63,418 bases of DNA from an uncultured Bacilli bacterium (GTDB taxonomy: Bacteria > Bacillota_I > Bacilli_A > RF39 > UBA660): NCBI GenBank assembly GCA_934162265.1, contig CAKPHZ010000004.1:1-63418 (forward strand), in the 5' to 3' direction. Shown here piece after piece: positions 49,094 to 59,222 of the stretch; the first letter of the stretch is position 1, and every line of letters begins with the position of its first letter. A model generated the notes under the pieces. The model had not been told where the DNA came from. It did no database searches and saw only the letters and a list, made by a program, of their open reading frames with translations. The translations under genes were made by a program, and so were the position numbers.

Positions 49094-49429
49094 ATGGAGT
49101 TTGGTGATAAAGTTAAATTACTTAGAAAGAAACACGATTTATCACAAGATAGTTTAGCTACCATTTTGAAAATTAATCGAAATTGTTTATCTAGGATAGA
49201 AACTGGAAAATCAGAACCTTCTTTGTCAGTAATTCGTGATATTGCTGAATATTTTAAAGTAGACGTAGCAAGTTTAATGGATATTCAGAGTAAAAAAATA
49301 GATACCAAAGATAAAATTAAAAAGATAGCAGATGGTTGTCAATATCTTATGGATGATGATTTAGATTTTTTAATTCGTGTTATTTCTGTAATGAGAGAAG
49401 AATATGTAAAATACAATGGCAATGAATAA
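49094..49429 (+). CDS. XRE-family HTH transcriptional regulator
   Basis: VKLLRKKHDLSQDSLATILKINRNCLSRIETGKSEPSLSVIRDIAEYFKVDVASLMD. Confidence 0.75.
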   Translation: MEFGDKVKLLRKKHDLSQDSLATILKINRNCLSRIETGKSEPSLSVIRDIAEYFKVDVASLMDIQSKKIDTKDKIKKIADGCQYLMDDDLDFLIRVISVMREEYVKYNGNE

Positions 49430-49546
49430 AAAGAAAGGTTGTTATAAGTATTTTCCGTTTAATATATATTGTAAAACAATACGAGATGTATTGTTTTTTC
49501 TTGTTTTTTTGATTATAATTTTTATAGAAAGAGGGGAGAATTAAAG

Positions 49547-50407
49547 ATGAAAGTTAGTAATCATTGGCAGGAATACTCTTGTCTTGCTAGTGGAGATGGA
49601 GAAAAAATTGAAAAGTGGGGAAATATTATTTTAAGAAGACCTGATCCGCAAATTATTTGGAAAAAATCAAAAGATAATATTTGGAATGAATGGGATGCAT
49701 GGTACCATAGAAGTAATAAAGGAGGAGGGAATTGGGAATTTAAGAAAACTCTTCCTTCTGAATGGAAAATTCATTATAAAGATTTAACTTTTAAAGTTAG
49801 TCCTACTAATTTTAAACATACTGGTATTTTTCCTGAGCAAGCTACTAATTGGGATTATGTGATGGAAAAAATTCAATCATCTTCGCAAGATGAATTTAGA
49901 GTTTTAAATTTATTTGCTTATACTGGTTGTGCTACAATGGCTGCTTCTTTTGCTGGAGCTAGCGAGGTGGTTCACGTTGATGCTTCTAAAGGAATGATCG
50001 AATGGGCAAAAGAGAATATGCATTTGTGTGGACTGGAACAACATAAGATTCGTTTTATTGTAGATGATGTGATTAAATTTTTGGAAAGAGAGAAGAGAAG
50101 GGGAAGGACATATCATGGAATTATTATGGATCCTCCTAGTTATGGAAGAGGTCCAAAGGGGGAAGTATGGAGATTAGAGGATAATTTACAAGAATTATTG
50201 GATAAAGTTAAAGATGTATTAGATGATGATTTTTCTTTTCTATTAATCAATTCTTACACTACTGGGATTTCTCCCACTTCTTTAGAAAATATTTTAAAAA
50301 TAACTTTTCCTCATACTAATATTGATACTGGAGAAATAGGATTACCAATTATTGAAAATGATTTGGTACTTCCTTGTGGAATATATGGAAGAATTACGAA
50401 AGATTAA
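49547..50407 (+). CDS. class I SAM-dependent methyltransferase (RlmI/RlmK-like catalytic domain)
   Basis: LNLFAYTGCATMAASFAGASEVVHVDASKGMIEWAKEN and IIMDPPSYGRG (the DPP motif of RNA m5C/m2G-type methyltransferases). Confidence 0.75.
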   Translation: MKVSNHWQEYSCLASGDGEKIEKWGNIILRRPDPQIIWKKSKDNIWNEWDAWYHRSNKGGGNWEFKKTLPSEWKIHYKDLTFKVSPTNFKHTGIFPEQATNWDYVMEKIQSSSQDEFRVLNLFAYTGCATMAASFAGASEVVHVDASKGMIEWAKENMHLCGLEQHKIRFIVDDVIKFLEREKRRGRTYHGIIMDPPSYGRGPKGEVWRLEDNLQELLDKVKDVLDDDFSFLLINSYTTGISPTSLENILKITFPHTNIDTGEIGLPIIENDLVLPCGIYGRITKD

Positions 50408-51053
50408 TGTTATTTTTGAAGATAATCACTTACTTGTTGTTGAGAAACCTATAAATATTCCTGTATGTGCAGATAGTTCCATGGATAGAGATTTGCTTTC
50501 TATATTGAAAGATTATTTGAAAGAGAAATATCATAAACCTGGAAATGTTTATTTAGGTTTAGTTCATCGTTTAGATAGACCTGTTTCTGGAGTTATGGTT
50601 TTTGCTAAAACAAGTAAGGCTGCTAGTAGGCTTGGAAAACAAGTAAGTGATCATACTTTAAAGAAAGAATATGTTGCTGTTGTAGAGGGAAAAGTTCCTG
50701 TTAAGGGAGAATTTGTTGATTATTTAAGAAAAGATGAAAAGAAAAATATTTCTTATGTTACGGATAAAAATCATGGGAAAGAAGCTAGGCTTTATTATAA
50801 AAGATTGGATTATAAAAATGGTTTTAGTTTAGTAGAAATTCATTTGGAAACTGGTCGTAGTCATCAGATTCGTGTGCAATTTTCTTCAAGAGGTTTTCCA
50901 TTAGTTGGAGATGCTAAATATAATAAAAACCATGATGGAAAGACTAGTATTGCTTTGTTTGCTAAAAAATTATCTTTTTATCATCCTATTACGAATGAAT
51001 TATTACAGTTTGAAATTGATATACCAAAAAGATACCCTTTTTCTTTGTTTTAG
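50385..51053 (+). CDS. RluA-family pseudouridine synthase
   Basis: LLVVEKPINIPV, catalytic HRLDRPVSGVMVFAKT and GRSHQIRVQF. The start is probably ATG 50385 (MEELRK), overlapping the methyltransferase gene end. Confidence 0.85.
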   Translation: MEELRKINVIFEDNHLLVVEKPINIPVCADSSMDRDLLSILKDYLKEKYHKPGNVYLGLVHRLDRPVSGVMVFAKTSKAASRLGKQVSDHTLKKEYVAVVEGKVPVKGEFVDYLRKDEKKNISYVTDKNHGKEARLYYKRLDYKNGFSLVEIHLETGRSHQIRVQFSSRGFPLVGDAKYNKNHDGKTSIALFAKKLSFYHPITNELLQFEIDIPKRYPFSLF

Positions 51054-51183
51054 GGTGTTTTTTATTTTATTATAATACTTATGAAGATTAAAGATTTTTG
51101 TAAGAATTAAATTATAATATAGCATAATTTTATTGTATTTTATGTTATACTTTTTGTAAGATACACAAAAAATTATTTTCTAC

Positions 51184-51220
51184 TTGACTCTCCTGTTTAC
51201 TGGAGTGATAAGTTTATCAC
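51184..51220 (+). promoter_or_regulatory. MerR-type promoter/operator (19-nt spacer with dyads)
   Basis: TTGACT (51184..51189), a 19-nt spacer, then TAAGTT (51209..51214). The spacer holds the dyad CTCCTG-TTTA-CTGGAG. A second dyad, GTGATAA-GT-TTATCAC (51205..51220), overlaps the -10. A GGGGAGGA SD precedes ATG 51237. Confidence 0.55.
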
Positions 51221-51236
51221 GAGGGGAGGAAAATAG

Positions 51237-51503
51237 ATGAGTTGTTCTAGTTGTAAATTTTTAAAAGAAAACAACAAAAGGGAAGGTTGTGTATCTGGAG
51301 CATGTTATTTTTGTTCTAAAAATAATTGTTATGTGAATGGAGCAAATAATAAATGTAATCATTTTCAAAAGTCTTATCGTAGTAGTTATATTTGTGATAA
51401 AATTTTTGAGGATGGAGAAATTTACTATGACAATAGTAAAGGGAATGGTTTTTACTTGTTTATTCTAATAATTATGCTTCTGATGTGTATATTATTTAAT
51501 TGA
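51237..51503 (+). CDS. Cys-rich small protein with a C-terminal membrane anchor
   Basis: 88 aa, with eight Cys in the first 53 residues (CSSC, C-x4-C-x2-C-x4-C, ...). C-terminal TM FYLFILIIMLLMCILF. Confidence 0.55.
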   Translation: MSCSSCKFLKENNKREGCVSGACYFCSKNNCYVNGANNKCNHFQKSYRSSYICDKIFEDGEIYYDNSKGNGFYLFILIIMLLMCILFN

Positions 51504-51528
51504 TGGTAGGAGGTATGTAATAGATGTT

Positions 51529-51954
51529 ATGTATAAAATAGGCGAACTTTCAAAAATAGTTGATATCTCTATTAAAACTTTGAGATATTACGATGAGATT
51601 GGAATACTACCTCCAGCTCATATTGATCAATTTACTGGATATCGCTACTATGATGATGAAAGTATACTTAATATTGAAATGATTAAATCATTGAAATCTG
51701 TTAATTTTACTTTACAAGAAATTAAAGAATATATGATAAATAAAGATGATAAATTATTTTTGAATAAGCAAGAAGAGATTAAAAATGAAATTCGTTTTTT
51801 AGAAGAAAGATATAGAAAATTATCGATTATGATAAAGAAAGAACAAAATGAAAAAGTAAAAGTGAGAAGTCTTTTACCAAAAGAGTTAGATACAAATAAA
51901 GAAAGAAAGGAAAGAAGATATTATGAAAAGAGAAAATTTAGAGACTATTTATGA
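51529..51954 (+). CDS. MerR-family transcriptional regulator
   Basis: MYKIGELSKIVDISIKTLRYYDEIGILPPAHIDQFTGYRYYDDESI followed by a coiled-coil dimerisation helix. The effector domain is short and K/E-rich. Confidence 0.85.
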   Translation: MYKIGELSKIVDISIKTLRYYDEIGILPPAHIDQFTGYRYYDDESILNIEMIKSLKSVNFTLQEIKEYMINKDDKLFLNKQEEIKNEIRFLEERYRKLSIMIKKEQNEKVKVRSLLPKELDTNKERKERRYYEKRKFRDYL

Positions 51955-53470
51955 AGGGAAAAAAAATGTTATCATTGATGGAACCATGTCTGTTGGAAAA
52001 ACTGTAAATTTAGGTTTTTCATTTGTTGATAAAATGGTTGATGATGGAAATAATTTGTTAATTTTAGATTCTAGAAAAGAATACTTAAATAGATTTTATT
52101 CAAAGTTAAAAAAAGAAGGTTATGAAATATTAATTCTTAATTTTGATGATTTTTCTAAGAGTGAAGGTTGGAATTTATTTGATTATCCTTATGAATTATA
52201 TAAATATAAAGATATTGATAGAGCAACTCTATGTTTGGAAAAAATTGCTAAGGAAATATTTTTTGAAAATAATAATGAAGATTCTTTTTGGATAAATTCT
52301 GCTAGAGACTTTTTTGTAGGATGCTGTTTAGCGTTATTTGAAGATGGAAAAAAGGAAGAAATTAACCTTAATAGTATTATTTCATTTTTAAATGAAGATA
52401 ATTCAAATTACATAGAAGAATATTTTAGAACAAAAGATAAAACAAATATAGCCTATACTTGTGTTTCGGGAACTGTATTTTCACCAATAGAAACTAGGGG
52501 AGGAATTATCTCAACTGCAAAGCAAAGATTAACGCCTATTACAAGTAAAAGAGGATTAATGCAATTACTTAGTCAAACAACTTTTTCTTTTAAAGAAATA
52601 AATAAGAAAAAATTGGCATTTTTTCTTATCAACTCTGAAGAAGAATCTATATTAAGCTCATTGGTTTCTATTTTTATACAAGAAATTTTTATGATGCTTT
52701 CTAAAAATAAACAAGAAAGAGAATTTGATGTTGTTTTAGATAATTTTGATACAATTGATAATATTAGTAATTTAAAAGGAATTCTTAGTTCTTGCATTTC
52801 AAAAAATATTAAATTTTATTTAATGACAAGAGATAGAGAATTATTAGAAAATAAATACTCTTCTTATATTAATCAATTAACTAATAGTATTTCTATTCAT
52901 TCTAAAGAAATTATAATTAATGTAGATGATGATTATACTAAAATAGATAATATTATTCCTCAAGAATATATTCAAGAAGAAAATGATATTTTGTATCCTA
53001 CTAGATATACAAACGAAATTAAAGTATTTAATTTAAAAAGATTTATGCTTTTGAATTTTCAAAGTGATAATGAAAAATATAAAAATTATACTCTTGAAGA
53101 AGTTAATTATGAAAAATATAAAGAAGTAAATGGTGAAAATAAATCTTTAAGTCCTCAAGGAATTGCTGTTAAGGAAGGAAGAGCAAAATTTTATATTGTT
53201 AAAAATGAAAATAAAATTGTTGATTCTTTTGTTATATTTTTAGATAGTAATAATTGGATTACTTTAGACTTGAAAAAATTTATCGATGTTATTTATACTA
53301 GTTTTATTTTCAATACTTTAAGCAACTTTGGTTATGAATTTGTTTCTTGTTTCTTACCAAATGATAATGAAAATCTTTTAAACACGATTAAAGATAATTT
53401 TGATGTGATTAAAACTGAAAATTGTAAACAAGGAATGTTTAACTATAAAAAAGTTACTATTGAAGTTTAA
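51923..53470 (+). CDS. type IV coupling protein (VirD4/TraG/TraD)-like P-loop NTPase lacking TM helices, with an extra C-terminal domain
   Basis: The T4CP motif order is kept: Walker A-like IIDGTMSVGKT, LILDSRKEY, SEGWNLFDYP, DSFWINSARDFFVGCCLAL, then the Walker B region FDVVLDNFDTI (Asn where T4CPs have the catalytic Glu of DEF). There is no N-terminal hydrophobic segment, and about 150 aa of unrecognised C-terminal sequence. It overlaps merR by 32 nt. Confidence 0.55.
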   Translation: MKRENLETIYEGKKNVIIDGTMSVGKTVNLGFSFVDKMVDDGNNLLILDSRKEYLNRFYSKLKKEGYEILILNFDDFSKSEGWNLFDYPYELYKYKDIDRATLCLEKIAKEIFFENNNEDSFWINSARDFFVGCCLALFEDGKKEEINLNSIISFLNEDNSNYIEEYFRTKDKTNIAYTCVSGTVFSPIETRGGIISTAKQRLTPITSKRGLMQLLSQTTFSFKEINKKKLAFFLINSEEESILSSLVSIFIQEIFMMLSKNKQEREFDVVLDNFDTIDNISNLKGILSSCISKNIKFYLMTRDRELLENKYSSYINQLTNSISIHSKEIIINVDDDYTKIDNIIPQEYIQEENDILYPTRYTNEIKVFNLKRFMLLNFQSDNEKYKNYTLEEVNYEKYKEVNGENKSLSPQGIAVKEGRAKFYIVKNENKIVDSFVIFLDSNNWITLDLKKFIDVIYTSFIFNTLSNFGYEFVSCFLPNDNENLLNTIKDNFDVIKTENCKQGMFNYKKVTIEV

Positions 53471-53502
53471 AAAATAAGAGTAATTTCAACCTGAAATTAC
53501 TC

Positions 53503-56475
53503 TTATTTACTTTCTAATAAATTTAAGCTATTTACAATAATTTGGTACTGATCAAATCTTTTTTCGACACGGCCTAAAATACGAATGATATCTTTTTTCT
53601 TAATATTATTATATTGTTTATAAGTTTTAGGAAACAGTGTTAGAGAGATTTGTCCATATTCATCGGATGCTGTTACAAAGGACATAATATCATTATTTTT
53701 GGTGGTTACTTCTTTGATATTATCGATTGATAATACCATAGAGATAGTTCTATCGAAGTATTTTTCAATAGATAATGTATCAATGTCAGAGTCTTTTTTA
53801 TAAATATTTGTAGGGTGATTGCTAAGATAAAAACCAAATGTATCTAATTGATTTTCTATTTTTTCTTCTTTTGTATATTCTTCATATTGTTTTAAACTAA
53901 GAGGAGGTAAGTCAATCATTCCTGCATTTTTAGAGATAAGAATATAATTAAAAATTTCTTCCAGATTATTGATTAGTGTTTTTTCATTGGTACCAAAAGA
54001 ATTAAAGCAGCCAGACTTGATTAAAGAAATAATTGCTTTTTTGTTTAGACTACCTGGTTTATTTTCAGTTAAAGGAGAAGGATTTTTTGAAGAAGGAGAA
54101 TAATTTCTTTCTAAGAAGTTAATAAAAGAAGTGTATGGAGCTAGTTTTCTTTCTTCAATGATTTGCTTAGAAATTGTTGTACCTACATTTTTAATGATTG
54201 ATAGGGGACAAATTATTTTTTTGTCTTGTACTTGGTAATTTGTTGTACTTTCGTTAATATCAGGAGGTAAGATTTCGATTTTATTCTGTCTTATTTCTGA
54301 TAAGTAAAGTTTGGTTTTGTAATCATTACCAATGACATTATTTAAAATGGCTGTTTCAAAATATCGAAAGAAGTATGTTTTTAAAAATGCCATCTTGTAA
54401 GCAACAGTAGCGTAGCCAACGGAATGGGATTTATTGAATCCATAATTTGCAAATTTTAAAATTAAGTTATAGATTTGTTCTGCTTGCATTTTGGTATGTC
54501 CATTAGAAAGAGATTTTTCTAAAAATTTTGGTTTTTCTTCTAAAAGGATTTGTTCTTTCTTTTTAGAGATTGCTCTTCTTAAAATATCAGCTTCTCCTAG
54601 AGTATATCCTGCATAAGTTCTAGCGATTTCTAAGATTTGTTCTTGATAGATAATAATGCCGTAAGTTGGTTTTAAGATTTTTTCTAAGCATTTATCTGGG
54701 TAAGTTACTATTTCTAATCCTTCTTTTCTTCTTATATAGTTATCAATAAACTCCATAGCACCTGGTCTGTAAAGAGCGATAGCAGCCACTAAATCATCAA
54801 AGCTAGCAACTTTTAATTTTTCTAAGAAACGTTTCATTCCTGGTGACTCAAATTGGAAGATTCCATCTGTTTTTACTTTTGAAAATACTTCTAGTGTTTT
54901 TTGGTCATCTAAAGGGATATTTTGAAAGGTAATGTTTATTTTTTCTTGTTTTCTAATATTTGTTAAGACTTCTTGAATTAAAGTTAAGTTGGATATTCCT
55001 AAGAAATCCATTTTTAAGAGACCTAATGGTTCTAGGTAATTCATTGAGTATGCAGTTGTGTAAATTCCTCTATTATTTTTGTAAAGAGGGATGGTTTCAT
55101 CAATTGGGATACGGCTGATGACTATTCCTGATGCATGAATTCCAATGTTTCTTGGTAAGCCTTCTAGATGGATGGCAATGTTAAATAGTTTTTGATAAGA
55201 AGAATTTTCTGCTAATAAGCGTTTTAATTTGACATTATTTGACATTATTTCTTGTAAAGTTTCTTTGGGAGAAAATAATTTTGTTAGGTTATCCACTTCT
55301 GGTATAGGTATATTTAATGTTCTTGCTACATCTCTTACTACTTGTTTTGCTGCTAGGGTATCAAAGGTAATAATACCGGCTACTTTTTTTTCTCCATATT
55401 TATTTATGCAATAGTTGATAACATCTTGACGTTTTTCACTGTCAAAATCAATATCAATATCGGGCATTGTTATCCTTTCAGGATTTAGAAAGCGTTCAAA
55501 TAATAAATCATATTTTATGGGGTCTATATCAATAATTCCTAGGGTATAACTAACGAGACTACCAGCAGCAGATCCTCTTCCTGGACCTACTAGAATATTA
55601 TTTTTTTTGGCATATTTGACATAATCCCAGACGATTAAAAAGTAATTACAAAAGTTCATTTTATTAATAATATTTAATTCTTTTTCTAAACGGGTAATAT
55701 AAATTTCTGGTATATTGTTATTCAGTCTTCTTTTTAATCCTTTTTGACATAAGTATTTTAGATAATCATAAGCATTTATTTTTTCATCATAAACAGGTAA
55801 TAAATTATTGGTATAGCCAATTTCTACGTTGCATAAGTCTGCTATTTCTTTTGTTATATTTATATCTATTGTAGTAGTATGTTCTAATAATTCTTGTTCA
55901 TTCATTAAATAATGACCATTATTTTCATTTAAGTGATATTCTCCTATTACTTTTTGTTCTTTTATCATTATTAAATAGTCTAAGTATTTATGGTCTTCTT
56001 TTTCTAGATAAGAAACATTATTTATAAATACTTTGTCTTCTTTTATTTTATCTTGTTCTTCTTTTGTAGAATATCCAATATAATGATATTTATATATATT
56101 ATAGATTTCTTCATTAAAGAAAGAATAGGGGATAACTAAAATTAAGTCATTTTTATAGAGAGTTAGATCTTCTAATGTAATATTTCTTTCTGATACAATT
56201 GTGGATAATTTTATTAGATTTTTGTAACCTTGATTATTCATAGCATATAATAAAATATTTTTATCTTCTACTTCTAACTCTAGTCCTATTACTGGTTTGA
56301 TATTGTTTTTTTTACATTCTTGATAAAACGCTGGTACTCCGAACATATTGTTGTGATCTGTAATAGCAAGAGATTGATATCCTAATGATTTTGCTTTTTG
56401 AATAAGAGCAGGGATGCGAATTAAACTGCTTAATAGAGTGTAACTTGTTTTTAATTGAAGGGGTATGTAAATCAT
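53503..56475 (-). CDS. dnaE: DNA polymerase III alpha subunit (DnaE type)
   Basis: PHP domain LAITDHNNMFG, MPDIDIDF, GLLKMDFLG, FNKSHSVGYA and a C-terminal OB fold. Confidence 0.93.
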   Translation of the reverse strand: MIYIPLQLKTSYTLLSSLIRIPALIQKAKSLGYQSLAITDHNNMFGVPAFYQECKKNNIKPVIGLELEVEDKNILLYAMNNQGYKNLIKLSTIVSERNITLEDLTLYKNDLILVIPYSFFNEEIYNIYKYHYIGYSTKEEQDKIKEDKVFINNVSYLEKEDHKYLDYLIMIKEQKVIGEYHLNENNGHYLMNEQELLEHTTTIDINITKEIADLCNVEIGYTNNLLPVYDEKINAYDYLKYLCQKGLKRRLNNNIPEIYITRLEKELNIINKMNFCNYFLIVWDYVKYAKKNNILVGPGRGSAAGSLVSYTLGIIDIDPIKYDLLFERFLNPERITMPDIDIDFDSEKRQDVINYCINKYGEKKVAGIITFDTLAAKQVVRDVARTLNIPIPEVDNLTKLFSPKETLQEIMSNNVKLKRLLAENSSYQKLFNIAIHLEGLPRNIGIHASGIVISRIPIDETIPLYKNNRGIYTTAYSMNYLEPLGLLKMDFLGISNLTLIQEVLTNIRKQEKINITFQNIPLDDQKTLEVFSKVKTDGIFQFESPGMKRFLEKLKVASFDDLVAAIALYRPGAMEFIDNYIRRKEGLEIVTYPDKCLEKILKPTYGIIIYQEQILEIARTYAGYTLGEADILRRAISKKKEQILLEEKPKFLEKSLSNGHTKMQAEQIYNLILKFANYGFNKSHSVGYATVAYKMAFLKTYFFRYFETAILNNVIGNDYKTKLYLSEIRQNKIEILPPDINESTTNYQVQDKKIICPLSIIKNVGTTISKQIIEERKLAPYTSFINFLERNYSPSSKNPSPLTENKPGSLNKKAIISLIKSGCFNSFGTNEKTLINNLEEIFNYILISKNAGMIDLPPLSLKQYEEYTKEEKIENQLDTFGFYLSNHPTNIYKKDSDIDTLSIEKYFDRTISMVLSIDNIKEVTTKNNDIMSFVTASDEYGQISLTLFPKTYKQYNNIKKKDIIRILGRVEKRFDQYQIIVNSLNLLESK

Positions 56476-56941
56476 TTTGTCATCTCCTTAAAATACTTAT
56501 CTAGAACTTCTCTTTTTATTATTATATCATAAAAAAAGAATCTTACTTTATTTTGTTAAAGATCGATGGTATAAAATATTTTGTAGTAGATATAAAAATA
56601 CTATATTTAAGTAAATTAACAAACTTCTCTGTAATTAATGAATGTAATACTAAAAATCAATGCAAATAAAATAATATTTCCTACTGATATAAAAACTAAT
56701 AAATATTTAAATAAATTTTATAATACTGAAATGGATATATTTGACTACACGCAAAAAGAAGAAATTAATTCTATTTAACTAATTTCTATAAAAATTAAAA
56801 ATTTAACTTTTTGCCACAAAACTCTTTACACTAACACACAATTTATAAGAATAATTAATAACTTTAGATACTACTATCAATTTACCATATATTATATTTA
56901 TGTTCATATATGTTCATATTTTTATTTAGTATTATTAATTT

Positions 56942-57865
56942 TTAATAAAATATTGTAACAGTGTGGTGAGTATTGCTTTTTTTATTTTTCTTTCCCATCC
57001 ACCAAATTAAATTATCTAATTCTACAGAATTAACAATTATTCCCTTTTGTTCTAAAGCTTCTTTAATAATTTCAATAACATATAACATATTTGCTCTTAT
57101 TTCAATTTCCATTTCACTATCATGTGATATTTCTTTTTCATTATCAACCATTTCAGAAAGTTCCTCATTATATATTAAAATATTATAATCCCTAAATATT
57201 CTTGGAATAGCATAATCTGCACATCCACTTAAATTATTAACATTACCTAAGTTATTATTAATAGTTTTAGATAAATAAAATAAGTCATTTGTTAGCAATG
57301 TAGCACGTTTATTGAAGTGAATAGTTCTATTTTTATATGTTGATTTATCGTCAAAACTATTAAAATTATCAGTTATATATTTTAATAATTCTCTATCACT
57401 TTTAATCGAAAATAAATCATCATAAAATTTTTCATTATCATATATGTAGTTTACTACCTCTTTAAAATTATTATATCTTTCTTCAAAAAGGGGAATTTTC
57501 CCTTCAATACTATTAAATATTTTTATAAATTTTTCTTTGCTTATACTATGTAAATAATCAATATTTAAAAAGTCTTCGTTAATTTCTACTTCTCTAATTA
57601 CAGAATAAAATAATGCATTTGAACCATTCATTATTTCATTATTATATTCAATTTTCCATTTAGGTTTTTTCCAAAAACAGAAGTTCATAGATTCGATTAT
57701 AAAAGCAAGCAATATCCATTCTTTTTCTGATAAATCTAGATTTAATTCATTGGACCAATGATTATAATTCGTATCTCCTAAGTCATTTATGAATCCTTCT
57801 ATTTCATTTTGATTTATGGATACATATTTACTATTATTAACAACATATTTAAATTCTTCTCTCAT
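56942..57865 (-). CDS. queuosine salvage family protein (DUF2419/Qng1-like)
   Basis: IIESMNFCFW and GCADYAIPRIFRDYNIL match the two signature blocks of the family as I recall them. Confidence 0.65.
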   Translation of the reverse strand: MREEFKYVVNNSKYVSINQNEIEGFINDLGDTNYNHWSNELNLDLSEKEWILLAFIIESMNFCFWKKPKWKIEYNNEIMNGSNALFYSVIREVEINEDFLNIDYLHSISKEKFIKIFNSIEGKIPLFEERYNNFKEVVNYIYDNEKFYDDLFSIKSDRELLKYITDNFNSFDDKSTYKNRTIHFNKRATLLTNDLFYLSKTINNNLGNVNNLSGCADYAIPRIFRDYNILIYNEELSEMVDNEKEISHDSEMEIEIRANMLYVIEIIKEALEQKGIIVNSVELDNLIWWMGKKNKKSNTHHTVTIFY

Positions 57866-57968
57866 ATATATATCCTCCTCGCATATTAACTACTTTTATA
57901 AGTAAAAATAGTAAAAACTTAGACTATTTATTAAATCCATGTGTTATTATATTTCTATTTAAATTTCT

Positions 57969-58003
57969 TTATCAAAATTTGGGATACACCCACTATTTGA
58001 TAA
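57969..58003 (-). terminator. hairpin after the dnaB-dnaI-small ORF unit (possible terminator)
   Basis: Minus-strand TTATCAAA...GGG-N5-CCC...TTTGATAA lies 6 nt after the stop at 58009. The U-tract is weak. Confidence 0.35.
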
Positions 58004-58008
58004 AAAAC

Positions 58009-58290
58009 CTATATTCTCCACATTAGGAATGCAATTAAAACAACGCCAAGGGCTATGATTAATGCTAGGGTAAAGATTGGAGCGAATCCATCACTTTTTA
58101 CACCGATATCTGATGTAAATGTTCCTTTGGCTTTTGCTCCTTTTTTCATATATTTGTTATTACTTTCTGGTCTTTGTAATTTATAGTTTGGTTTTAAGTT
58201 TACTTTTTCGTCTGTATCTGATGTGATAATCATTTCTGATTTTCTTCCTTTTTCATCAACAAAATCTTGCACAACACTATTTTTCATTCT
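58009..58290 (-). CDS. small protein with a C-terminal TM anchor
   Basis: GTGAGGAAAAAAGA precedes ATG 58290 (MKNSVVQDF...). C-terminal TM FAPIFTLALIIALGVVLIAFLMW. It follows dnaI. Confidence 0.45.
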   Translation of the reverse strand, partial: RMKNSVVQDFVDEKGRKSEMIITSDTDEKVNLKPNYKLQRPESNNKYMKKGAKAKGTFTSDIGVKSDGFAPIFTLALIIALGVVLIAFLMWRI

Positions 58291-58297
58291 TTTTTCC

Positions 58298-59221
58298 TCA
58301 CTTTCGTTTATTTTCACTGACTAAAGTCATTTCTGTTGTCAGTTGTTTTATTCTTTCGATAATTCTTTTGGCTTTTACTCGGTCGATTCCTTTGGTTGTT
58401 GTTCCAAAGTGTTCTTCTAAATCTTTAATGGTTAGGTTGGAAGTAAAAAAAGTGGTTAATCCTTCTTGGCTTCTATGTTGAAGAATATTTCCTAATACTT
58501 CATCTCGACTCCATTCAGTCATTGTTTCTGCTCCAATATCATCGATTAATAGAACTTCAACATTTTTTAGTAATTTAAATTTTTCATTGTAAGCTTCTGA
58601 ATTACCAAAAGATTCTTTTAGGCTTCTTAGTAATTCTGGATAATAAATAATTGCGACTTTATGATTCTTTTTGGCTAGTTCATTTAAGGTTGCCGAGATA
58701 AGATAAGTCTTTCCACATCCAAAATTACCATTTAGGTATAATCCTTTCATTCCTGTTTTGGGGTGATAAGTATCAAGAAAATTTTTCAACCATTTGATAA
58801 TTTCAAAGCGATTTGGATCATTAATATCTATATTTTTCATACTAGCTTCTTTAATTTCTTTAGGGATATCGAAAAGATAAATGTTTTCTTTATATTTGTT
58901 TCTTTTGTCTAATTCTTTTTTATATTTACAGGGAATATAATCAAATACTAAATTATTATTTAAAAGTTCTGGATAGTAAACATATCCTGGATAGGAGTTT
59001 TTACATTCTAAAATATTTTTACAATGTTTACAATTTTTTAATTCTTTTGCTGTTTCTTCTAAAGAGGTTGTATATTTCATTAGGTATGACTTTGGCAAGT
59101 CGAGTTTTTCTACAACTTTTTTGAAGGTAGTATTACTTTCTAGTGTTTTTTCATAATCTTCGTCTAGTTTTTGGAGATTTAGATTATATGTTTCATTTAA
59201 AACCTCTTTTATTCCTTTCAT
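58298..59221 (-). CDS. dnaI: primosomal helicase loader DnaI
   Basis: N-terminal Cys cluster CKHCKN...C, AAA+ Walker A GNFGCGKTYL and Walker B LLIDDIGAE. Confidence 0.85.
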   Translation of the reverse strand: MKGIKEVLNETYNLNLQKLDEDYEKTLESNTTFKKVVEKLDLPKSYLMKYTTSLEETAKELKNCKHCKNILECKNSYPGYVYYPELLNNNLVFDYIPCKYKKELDKRNKYKENIYLFDIPKEIKEASMKNIDINDPNRFEIIKWLKNFLDTYHPKTGMKGLYLNGNFGCGKTYLISATLNELAKKNHKVAIIYYPELLRSLKESFGNSEAYNEKFKLLKNVEVLLIDDIGAETMTEWSRDEVLGNILQHRSQEGLTTFFTSNLTIKDLEEHFGTTTKGIDRVKAKRIIERIKQLTTEMTLVSENKRK

Positions 59222-59222
59222 T

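Noticed and set aside
57866-58008. Looked for a preQ1 riboswitch upstream of the queuosine-salvage gene
   Set aside because: The only stem-loop (GTGGG-TGTAT-CCCA within TTATCAAA…TTTGATAA) has too short a loop. It lacks the conserved A-rich tail next to an SD. It sits about 110 nt from the start and fits better as the terminator of the upstream operon.
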